This document shows, one piece after another, positions 15,989 through 22,572 of a stretch of DNA of 22,572 nt. Source of the stretch: an uncultured Calditrichaceae bacterium (GTDB taxonomy: Bacteria > Zhuqueibacterota > Zhuqueibacteria > Oceanimicrobiales > Oceanimicrobiaceae); assembly GCA_964629935.1 (NCBI GenBank), contig CAZVSL010000032.1, forward strand, positions 1 through 22,572, given 5' to 3'. Position numbers and translations under genes: made by a program. The notes beneath the pieces are model-generated. The model worked only from the letters and a program-made list of their open reading frames with translations, was not told the DNA's origin and did no database searches. The stretch's first letter is position 1. Every line of letters begins with the position of its first letter.

Positions 15989-16023
15989 TATCCATCCGAT
16001 GGCCTGGAGCCATCGGATGGATA
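15989..16023. other. Perfect 15-bp inverted repeat (TATCCATCCGATGGC-ctgga-GCCATCGGATGGATA), 28 bp upstream of the mutM start. On the plus strand it is followed by a T-rich run.
   Basis: Direct reading. The reverse complement of the right arm is identical to the left arm. The T-tract GGTGCTTATTTTAAAGTTTC is on the plus strand only. Confidence 0.5.
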
Positions 16024-16087
16024 GGTGCTTATTTTAAAGTTTCTTAGTTTCGGTCATGGGGTCATGGCGCTAGCGCTGTGGGCTTTC

Positions 16088-16118
16088 TGCAATACTAATG
16101 CAATACTGAAGTATTGCA
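16088..16118. repeat. Triplicated 9-mer: TGCAATACT-aa-TGCAATACT-ga-AGTATTGCA (two direct copies plus one inverted copy)
   Basis: Direct reading. It is located 16 bp downstream of the amidohydrolase stop and about 130 bp upstream of mutM. Confidence 0.4.
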
Positions 16119-16133
16119 CTCCTGCCCCTCCCG

Positions 16134-17039
16134 TCAATTTAATTTCAGGATGCGCGCGATGTTGCCGCCCAATATCAGCTTCTGCTCGGCGTGCGCCACG
16201 CCCAGCTCATCGAGAATCGCTTTTTGCGTCTCGAATATATCTTTGCGCCAGCCGCGTGGAAATGTGGATGAATCTGTGCCGAACAACAGCCGGCCGGGTC
16301 CGATCTCCTGCAGCGTTTTCGCAAACACATCCTTCAAAGTCAGGGGCGGCTCGATCCAACTGTTGGAGCTGGAAGTATCGAGATAGACGTTTCTATTTGC
16401 AGAGGCAACTTCCAGAGCTTCATCGAACCGGCCGCAGCCAAAGTGCGGGATAATGAAGTTAACATCCCGGAAATCAGAGGCCACCTGTCTCAGATCCAGC
16501 GGATTCGAGTATTCCGGTTTGACGTTGTCGGGCAACCCGATCCTTTGAAAAATCGGGATGCTCAGCTTTCCGAAATGCAAGAACACAGGCGCTTCTGCAG
16601 AAAATGCTTCTTCATAGATGACGTACGCCGCCTCATCATAAGCGTGGAAGTGGTGCATGGCCGGAAACATGAGCACGCCGCGCATTCCGAGGATATTGAT
16701 TGCATACTGCGTCTGCCAGCGCGCTTTCTGCATGTTCGGATCGATCATGACATAGCCGACCAGCCGATTGGGAAAGGCATTGATGGCAGCCGCAACGGAT
16801 TCCGCATCATTGAGTTTGCTGGCAAAAAGGATTTGTTTTGCGACTCCGTATTTGTCCTGTTCGCTGACCCATCTTTTGCCGAGCTCTGCGGGGTCCTTCG
16901 GCGGCATCTCCCAGCCGAGGTGTGCGGCCAGCGCCGCCACGTTTTCAAACCGATCCTGAGCCAGGTGATAGAAATGTTCGAGCCAATTGTAAGAGAAGAA
17001 GTGTGTGTGTGCATCTATGATTTTCGGTGCTTCAGCCAT
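16134..17039 (-). CDS. Amidohydrolase-2 family metal-dependent hydrolase (TIM barrel)
   Basis: The start MAEAPKIIDAHTHF (H-x-H metal motif) has RBS AAGGATGG. Later His/Asp ligands are present (HFGCGRFD..., LFGTDSS). The ORF track's upstream extension lacks an RBS. Confidence 0.75.
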   Translation of the reverse strand: MAEAPKIIDAHTHFFSYNWLEHFYHLAQDRFENVAALAAHLGWEMPPKDPAELGKRWVSEQDKYGVAKQILFASKLNDAESVAAAINAFPNRLVGYVMIDPNMQKARWQTQYAINILGMRGVLMFPAMHHFHAYDEAAYVIYEEAFSAEAPVFLHFGKLSIPIFQRIGLPDNVKPEYSNPLDLRQVASDFRDVNFIIPHFGCGRFDEALEVASANRNVYLDTSSSNSWIEPPLTLKDVFAKTLQEIGPGRLLFGTDSSTFPRGWRKDIFETQKAILDELGVAHAEQKLILGGNIARILKLN

Positions 17040-17133
17040 TTGCCATCCTTGTCTGCATGAGGGCGTAATATAGCGAATTATGGTTTCGGTATCAAGCCCC
17101 GAATGGTGCGAACGTGCCTGCACACGCTGCGGG

Positions 17134-18147
17134 TTATTTGCCCGTTGTCAGACTCCGTGAGTTGAGGGTCTGCCAGAACAAGACGTGCTTTGCCGACAAC
17201 TGCGATTCGCGTCCATGCCGGATCAGCGCGGCGAAGGTTTTTCCGGTATAGGCAGAATCGAGCACCACTTCCGGTTCATGTTCTTTTGCCAGAGAAATGG
17301 CTTGCTGCGCCTGCGGTAGCGGCCGGCTGTAGCCTTTGCCAAAGTAATCATGCTCGATGCGACAGTTCACATTTTGCGAAAAGGTTGCGCCGTGTGCTTG
17401 TAGAATACGTCTGGCGCCGGCTGTCAATCTTCGTAGATTCCAGGAATTCGCTACGATGCGGTCCACCACGCGCACGGCGACCACTTGTGTCGGCCAGCCG
17501 AGCAGGCACAGACCAAGCGCCAGACCAGCCGCTGTGCCGCCGCTGCCAAACGGGCAGTAGATCACATCCGGTCGTGGCATCTCACCATCGGCAACCTGCT
17601 GTCCGAGCTCTATAGCCGCATTTACAAAAGCCAGCAACGTTGTCGCTGAAGTGCCGCCGGGAGGTGTGAGATACACGGAATCACGCCGTCGCGACTGCAA
17701 CAGCTTCCGGAGCATCAGGAACGGAAAGGTCAACGAGGAACGGGCGCAATAGACATGGCGTGCGAGCCCACGTGTCCGCTGCAAATTCCGGTGCTTGATT
17801 TCGTCCATGGGGTACGGCATGTAATAAACGTCGGATTCCAGACCCAGCTTTCCGGCGTAAACCGTACAAGCCAGCGGCCAACTGGAACCGAGAGCGCTGT
17901 AGCTGGCCACCACCTTTGCGCCGCGCTGTATCGCCTGCGCCAGCACGTACTCCAGCGTGCGCACCTTGTTGCCGCCATACAAGTCACCGCTCAGGTCATC
18001 ACGCTTGATCCAGAGAGTATGGAGATCGAGAAGCTGCTCCAGATTATGCAGTCGCTTGAGAGCGGTTGGAAAATTTCCGAGCGGCAGCCACGGTATTGCT
18101 TCTTGCAGGTCGGGGAAACGCTGATGCAGGAGGGGATGTTGCATCAT
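17134..18147 (-). CDS. PLP-dependent enzyme of the ACC deaminase / D-cysteine desulfhydrase family (fold type II)
   Basis: 337 aa. The Lys-containing motif DLSGDLYGGNKVRTLEY (GGNKxRKLE-like) and a glycine-rich PLP phosphate loop CPFGSGGTAAG are present. Confidence 0.8.
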   Translation of the reverse strand: MMQHPLLHQRFPDLQEAIPWLPLGNFPTALKRLHNLEQLLDLHTLWIKRDDLSGDLYGGNKVRTLEYVLAQAIQRGAKVVASYSALGSSWPLACTVYAGKLGLESDVYYMPYPMDEIKHRNLQRTRGLARHVYCARSSLTFPFLMLRKLLQSRRRDSVYLTPPGGTSATTLLAFVNAAIELGQQVADGEMPRPDVIYCPFGSGGTAAGLALGLCLLGWPTQVVAVRVVDRIVANSWNLRRLTAGARRILQAHGATFSQNVNCRIEHDYFGKGYSRPLPQAQQAISLAKEHEPEVVLDSAYTGKTFAALIRHGRESQLSAKHVLFWQTLNSRSLTTGK

Positions 18148-18226
18148 GGTCTCCGCGATTCCGCTCGACCAATGAGAGCTAACATAAGAAAATCCAGGTC
18201 AAAACTACCTTTGAAAAATGAGTTGC

Positions 18227-18282
18227 AATGGCAGTAGCAGTCGATTCTTTTGCACCGATCCATTGCCACTGCTCCTGCCATT
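18227..18282 (-). terminator. Terminator-like long hairpin downstream of the M64 peptidase gene
   Basis: AATGGCAGTAGCAG ... CTGCTCCTGCCATT (13 of 14 complementary). On the minus RNA it is followed by GCAACUCAUUUUUC. Confidence 0.45.
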
Positions 18283-18330
18283 TAGTCGTGTCCCTTGCTG
18301 CGCTTTGTGGCAAAGAAATCCGCGAACAGT

Positions 18331-19770
18331 TTATTCAGAATAAAACCGGAGCACCCGCTCGATGCCCTGCTGACAGACCGCATCAAACGGCGCGGTGCTC
18401 AGAGAAAACATGCGGCAATCCATGGCCGGGCGGTAGAGACCGGTGGCGCTGTAGCCAGCGCCTTCAAAAGCACCGATTTTGTCATAGTAGGGCGAGGCCT
18501 GCATCGTTTCAACCTGCAGGTTACGCAACTTGAGCCATTTTTCATAATAGTCGGGTGCACTGCGGTCCCAGGTTCGGCGCACGGCATCCAGACTGTCATA
18601 CTGCGCCTTGGGCCAGGGTGTGGGCAGCGGTGTGTCTTCTGCCACGAGTTCCTGCCATTTCAAATTGGCGGTGTCGAGCAGAGCTGTAACGTTGGGCGCT
18701 GTGGGCTCTACACCCGAAGGGTAGAAATCGACATAAGAGGTCGCGCTGGAGTAATATTCATCGCCCAGTCCGGCAAACGAGTGGCCGAATTCATGCGTGA
18801 ACATGTAATCGACATGCCAGTCCAAATCCGGATTTTCTACCCCTGTCATGCCGGTAGCATAGAGGTTGTATATACCGCCGCCGCCATAACGCTTGCTGTT
18901 TACGAGAATGTAGATGAAATCATAAGGCGCTGCCGCGGCGATGTCCCGCATTTCGCGATTGGCGTAGGTCAGAATGTAGCGCGGCGAGTCAAAGGAGTTG
19001 TAGGAGCAGCCGAGCGCTGTGTTTTTCCACTTGTTCTGCCGTGGTTCATCGATGCCGGAATCCTGGGAAACAACTTCAATCGCCCGGATGTTGATACGGC
19101 TGGCGTGTTTCTTGAACGGCGCGGTGTTGAGCATCACCTCTTTCCAGCGTTCGGCATCCTTGCGGAATTTGCCCAGCTCCTCTATGGTGTAGCCGTCGCC
19201 GAGCAGAAGATAGTCTACTTTCTTATGCGGCGGGCCGCTTTCGTGCAAAGTCAGTACTTTGAAGTCGCGCCCGCGCTGCTCACGGTTAACAAATCGAGAA
19301 TTCGGCTCGACCACAGTCGAGAAAACGTTGTGGAATCGCATCCATTTGTCGCGCTTGGCAATGATGACTTGCACAGCCCGCCTGGGAAACGGGACGAGCA
19401 CAGATTCGTGAAACGTGCGAAAGTTTTCGTCGATGGCTTCCTGTGTGGTTTCCCACTCGCCGTAGACGCTGGCAAATCCGCGTGAGTAGATAAGCTGATT
19501 GGTAGCCGTGTCGAACACTTTGACCAGGTACTTGCCGAGATTGAGGGTGTCGATCAAATTGACGCGGCTGCCGGCCCAGCCATCCTGCTCATAAGCTTTA
19601 TCCAGGCTGATGTATTCCTGAGTAGCCGTGCCGGTGTGGTAATAATCAACGCGCAGAGTTTTGTCCACAAAGAAGCGGTCGAAGGAGACAGATTGAGCAG
19701 AAGCAGCCTCGATGGGGATAAGGGCTGCCAACAAGCTTAGAACGAAAAAATGCAGAGGTAAGAAAGACAT
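18331..19770 (-). CDS. Secreted M64-family (IgA-peptidase-like) zinc metallopeptidase
   Basis: Signal peptide MSFLPLHFFVLSLLAALIPIEAASAQ from the ATG at 19770. Zinc site HEFGHSFAGLGDEY. 480 aa. Confidence 0.8.
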   Translation of the reverse strand: MSFLPLHFFVLSLLAALIPIEAASAQSVSFDRFFVDKTLRVDYYHTGTATQEYISLDKAYEQDGWAGSRVNLIDTLNLGKYLVKVFDTATNQLIYSRGFASVYGEWETTQEAIDENFRTFHESVLVPFPRRAVQVIIAKRDKWMRFHNVFSTVVEPNSRFVNREQRGRDFKVLTLHESGPPHKKVDYLLLGDGYTIEELGKFRKDAERWKEVMLNTAPFKKHASRINIRAIEVVSQDSGIDEPRQNKWKNTALGCSYNSFDSPRYILTYANREMRDIAAAAPYDFIYILVNSKRYGGGGIYNLYATGMTGVENPDLDWHVDYMFTHEFGHSFAGLGDEYYSSATSYVDFYPSGVEPTAPNVTALLDTANLKWQELVAEDTPLPTPWPKAQYDSLDAVRRTWDRSAPDYYEKWLKLRNLQVETMQASPYYDKIGAFEGAGYSATGLYRPAMDCRMFSLSTAPFDAVCQQGIERVLRFYSE

Positions 19771-19869
19771 GGTTATTTGTTCCTCGATAATGTCGGATAA
19801 TTGTAAAGGACGGCAAAAGATAGGAAAACGTTGGAGAAAAATCAAGCCGTGGAATTCGCGAGACAATAG

Positions 19870-20712
19870 CTATACCATCAAAGCCACAAGATTGAAAAAC
19901 GGTTGTGCCAGAGCCGGATCACCAGAGATCCCGGCATGAGATGCGGCTTCTTCGGCGTCTATTCTTCTGGTTAGCAAACGCCAGGCGGTTGCATCATCCA
20001 ACCGTACCCGATTTCGGATATTCGGATTATGGCCTGAGTAAAGCCGCCATCTGTTTTTGTCTCTGGATAAGGTCCACTGACCTGCGCTATCACCAGTCAC
20101 CACAAACGAAATTTGCGCTCCGGGCTCTGCGTTTGTATCCCGATAGGCGTGCGGCAAAGCTCGTAAGAATGTATCCAGCAAAGGGAACAGCCACTTGCGC
20201 TGTGTGAGGCCAGCCGCACCAATGGCTTCGCGAATTTGCTGCTGGTGATGCCACTTTTCCGTGTATTCGCGCGCGATATCGAACCAATTCGGCGAGCTTT
20301 CATCACCAGCCCAGGCAACCGCAAACATTGCCGGTGCCTCCGGATCGAGATTTCGAAACAGCTTGATTACCGCCGGTCCTGTCAATTGTAACAGCTCAAG
20401 CAAAACGGCAGGACTTAGTCTGCGGGCAGCGCGAATCCACTCGGCGTTCATCTGGTTAAGAAACGCAACCAGGTCCCGGTTGTTTGCAATGCGTTTCTCT
20501 GGCTGCGGCAGCGGCAACTTATCCCGCTGAAAAGAAAGCCGGCGCAGATCGCCATCCAGTAAGTGCGCAACGACATCTTTGACGGTCCAGGCTCCGGACG
20601 AGGTTGGCCTGCGCCAGTCATCTTGGCTCAGGCTCCGCAGCAAGGCCATGAGCTCGTCGTGGAGCTGGCTGAGTTCATCGATGACAAGAATGGGGGCTAC
20701 GGGTTTCATCAT
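19870..20712 (-). CDS. Maleylpyruvate-isomerase-N-terminal (MDMPI/DinB_2) family protein
   Basis: N-terminus ...LSQLHDELMALLRSLSQDDWRRPTSSGAWTVKDVVAHL, typical of TIGR03083/DinB_2. The start is uncertain (ATG at 20712 or 20709, or the TTG at 20766 used by the ORF track). Confidence 0.7.
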   Translation of the reverse strand: MMKPVAPILVIDELSQLHDELMALLRSLSQDDWRRPTSSGAWTVKDVVAHLLDGDLRRLSFQRDKLPLPQPEKRIANNRDLVAFLNQMNAEWIRAARRLSPAVLLELLQLTGPAVIKLFRNLDPEAPAMFAVAWAGDESSPNWFDIAREYTEKWHHQQQIREAIGAAGLTQRKWLFPLLDTFLRALPHAYRDTNAEPGAQISFVVTGDSAGQWTLSRDKNRWRLYSGHNPNIRNRVRLDDATAWRLLTRRIDAEEAASHAGISGDPALAQPFFNLVALMV

Positions 20713-20823
20713 CAGGACGCTCGATTGTGTTGGCTTAACGGAAAGATATTCAGCCGCACGAAACAATCAAGGTAATTGTCAAATATGATCGCGTCGATAC
20801 TCATTGGGGATTGGAATTAGCGG

Positions 20824-20852
20824 TTGCATGTTCTTCGTTTTCATGCTAAATT
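20824..20852 (+). promoter_or_regulatory. Putative promoter TTGCAT-17-TAAATT for the DUF4160/DUF2442 pair
   Basis: Motif match with exact 17-nt spacing, about 40 nt upstream of the first ATG. Confidence 0.35.
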
Positions 20853-20889
20853 ACTCAAAAACAAGTAATGAACTACTTTGCAAAAGATA

Positions 20890-21162
20890 ATGCCACCAGT
20901 TTCTCATCCGTTTAAAAAGGGTGCGCTGGTTATTCTAATGAACTATAACGACCATGAGCCGCCACACTGTCATGTGAAGTATCAGAATGACGTGCGGAGT
21001 TTTCGAATTGAGATCAAAACCAAGAAATGGATGGAACCCGGAAGACCCCTTCCCCCAAAACTGCAGAAGATGGTTGTGAGCTGGGTGGAGGCTCATGAAG
21101 AGGATCTATTAGAACAACCGGATAATGCCCGAAATAATCGACCAGTTTCAATCGTGGGGTGA
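20890..21162 (+). CDS. DUF4160-domain protein
   Basis: Hallmark motif NYNDHEPPHCHVKY (NDHxPPHxHV). About 90 aa. Low GC. Confidence 0.75.
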   Translation: MPPVSHPFKKGALVILMNYNDHEPPHCHVKYQNDVRSFRIEIKTKKWMEPGRPLPPKLQKMVVSWVEAHEEDLLEQPDNARNNRPVSIVG

Positions 21163-21551
21163 CTAATATGAAATGGCAAGAGTGGTCAGAAGTGGCCAGG
21201 AATGAGGCTTTGTGGGAAAACCATGAGGAAAAGGGACTGTTGAAAGCAGAGCATGTAAGGGATTATGTGCTGCGTTTGTGGTTTGAAGAATCAATGGACA
21301 TCTCAATCTATGAACTGGACTTTTATCCCTTGATTCTGAAAGAGAATCCCGGAGAGGCTTTACTTCCGTTAAGAGACAAGAATCGCTTTGAGTTCGTTGA
21401 AGGTGACTATACCTTAATATGGCCTAATCCTCAAACCGGCGCCCACGATGAGGAGGCAATTGATCTCGCTCCAGAATGTGTTCGATTCTTCTGTGAGAAA
21501 TATGGAAAAAAGTTAAAGACCCCTGAAGAACCTGTGGCGAATCACGGTTAA
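21159..21551 (+). CDS. DUF2442-domain protein
   Basis: 130 aa. The segments EHVRDYVLRLWFEESMDISIYELDFYPL and WPNPQTGAHDEEAIDLAPE are characteristic of DUF2442. It overlaps the DUF4160 stop by 4 bp (ATGA), and an alternative start is the ATG at 21168 behind GGGGTGA. Confidence 0.75.
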   Translation: MTNMKWQEWSEVARNEALWENHEEKGLLKAEHVRDYVLRLWFEESMDISIYELDFYPLILKENPGEALLPLRDKNRFEFVEGDYTLIWPNPQTGAHDEEAIDLAPECVRFFCEKYGKKLKTPEEPVANHG

Positions 21552-21613
21552 AGCAGCCGTCAGCCATCTCGTTCCTACAGTCTGAGTGTCTCCACATTAC
21601 GTTTTCCAATTCA

Positions 21614-22572
21614 TCATTCATATCTAAGTGAATCAACCGGATTTGACGTGCTCGCCCGAACGGCATGGAAGCTCACTGTTAGCAGGGCAACGGCCAGCGC
21701 CGCACACGCGGCCAGCACAAAGATATCCACGCCAACAGGCACTTGATAAGAGAAACTCTGCAGCCAACGGGTTGTCGCCAGATACGCGAGCGGCCAGGCT
21801 ACCAAATTGGCGATCAGCACCAGCCTGACAAATTCCTGGGTCAGCAGGTGTACGATGTTCGCCACGGAGGCGCCTAATGCTTTGCGGATGCCGATCTCCT
21901 TTGTGCGCCTTTCGGCCGTAAACGAGGCGAGACCGAACAGGCCCAGGCAGGCGACCAAAATGGATATGCCGGTGAGATAGCCCATCAACTTGCCGAGCCG
22001 GGCTTCGGTGCGATATTGCGCATCCAGTTGCTGGTCGAGAAAGCTGTAATCGAACGGCCACTGCGGCGCCACCTGCTGCCAGGCGTCCTGCAAATAGGCG
22101 ATGGTCTCGTGCAGATTCTGCGGTTGTACCTGCACGACGATTTCCCACAAAAATCGTCCGGGCGGTGCGATGGTGAAGACCGCCGGCTGAATGGTCTCGC
22201 GTAGCGAGCGGAAGTGGAAGTCCTTTATAACCCCAATGACCTTGCCTTGTTTTTTGACCCAGCTTAGCTCGCCCTCCCTTCCGATGGCATTCTCCCAACC
22301 AAATGTCTTCGCGGCCGTGTCATTCACAATAAAAGCTTGCGCGGCGTCCGTCGCAAACTCGCGCGAGAAGCTCCGTCCCGCCAGGACTTCCATGCCCATG
22401 GTTTCGATGAAATCGTAATCGACCGCGAATAGCTTGACTGTCACCCCATCTTTATCATCGTGCCCCTTCGGCAGAAAGCTCGGGTAGCCCCAGGTCGCGG
22501 GCGGCGGGCGGCACGTGCGAAGCCGCAGATACAGCTTTGACGCCGGAGTAGGCGGCGATGGCGCGTTTGAAC
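21614..22572 (-). CDS. ABC-transporter permease, FtsX/MacB-like (C-terminal part; the gene continues past the window end)
   Basis: C-terminal FtsX domain with 3 TM helices (LTGISILVACLGLFGLASFTAERRTKEIGIRKALGAS...). The reading frame stays open to position 22572 (...PKGHDDKDGVTVKLFAVDYDF = MacB-type periplasmic domain). Confidence 0.8.
   Translation of the reverse strand, partial: SNAPSPPTPASKLYLRLRTCRPPPATWGYPSFLPKGHDDKDGVTVKLFAVDYDFIETMGMEVLAGRSFSREFATDAAQAFIVNDTAAKTFGWENAIGREGELSWVKKQGKVIGVIKDFHFRSLRETIQPAVFTIAPPGRFLWEIVVQVQPQNLHETIAYLQDAWQQVAPQWPFDYSFLDQQLDAQYRTEARLGKLMGYLTGISILVACLGLFGLASFTAERRTKEIGIRKALGASVANIVHLLTQEFVRLVLIANLVAWPLAYLATTRWLQSFSYQVPVGVDIFVLAACAALAVALLTVSFHAVRASTSNPVDSLRYE

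Noticed and set aside
17001-17011. (GT)5-6 dinucleotide run inside the amidohydrolase gene
   Set aside because: It is the coding sequence for the AHTHF metal-binding motif (GCA CAC ACA CAC). It is too short and too functionally constrained to be a plausible phase-variation tract.
18295-19485. 396-aa plus-strand ORF
   Set aside because: It is antisense to the M64 metallopeptidase gene, which carries a signal peptide and an HEFGH zinc site. No RBS and no domain.
21633-22298. 221-aa minus-strand ORF in alternate frame
   Set aside because: It is nested out of frame inside the FtsX permease gene, Arg/Gly-rich, and has no support.
1-22572. Scan for tRNA/rRNA genes and CRISPR arrays
   Set aside because: No cloverleaf-compatible conserved tRNA boxes, no rRNA-like stretches, and no regularly spaced direct-repeat array were found. 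The only direct repeats (10087/10267) occur twice and are hairpins, not CRISPR repeats.

Overview
This is a ~22.6 kb chromosomal window of about 58% GC, apparently from a Gram-negative bacterium of the FCB-group or a candidate phylum. The taxonomic guess rests on one secreted protein carrying a T9SS/Por C-terminal sorting domain, and most genes have Shine-Dalgarno sites. Housekeeping genes include lepA (5' end, minus strand), tpx, a UspA-family gene, a DASS/SLC13 permease, fpg/mutM, an amidohydrolase, a PLP-dependent ACC-deaminase/D-Cys-desulfhydrase-like enzyme, an M64 metallopeptidase, an MDMPI/DinB_2-family protein and an FtsX-type ABC permease fragment. Three regions look accessory or otherwise notable. 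(1) A minus-strand organoarsenical cluster encodes an FAD oxidoreductase, the radical-SAM ArsS, the arsenite methyltransferase ArsM and a metallophosphoesterase. Its promoter carries a 9-6-9 palindromic operator. Directly upstream sits a SelW/Rdx-family selenoprotein gene with an in-frame UGA (CxxU) and a downstream SECIS-like hairpin, which the ORF track missed. (2) A low-GC island of roughly 38-42% GC (about 7.7-10.4 kb) holds a beta-class DNA methyltransferase with an N-terminal extension and an overlapping putative restriction endonuclease. An inverted repeat overlaps the methyltransferase promoter. A 360-bp structured repeat element with MITE-like termini lies at the distal boundary, and an NfeD-SPFH operon lies next to the island. 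(3) A low-GC DUF4160-DUF2442 two-gene module. I also call several intrinsic-terminator-like hairpins, a perfect 15-bp hairpin in front of mutM, and a triple 9-mer motif. No rRNA, tRNA or CRISPR array was seen.
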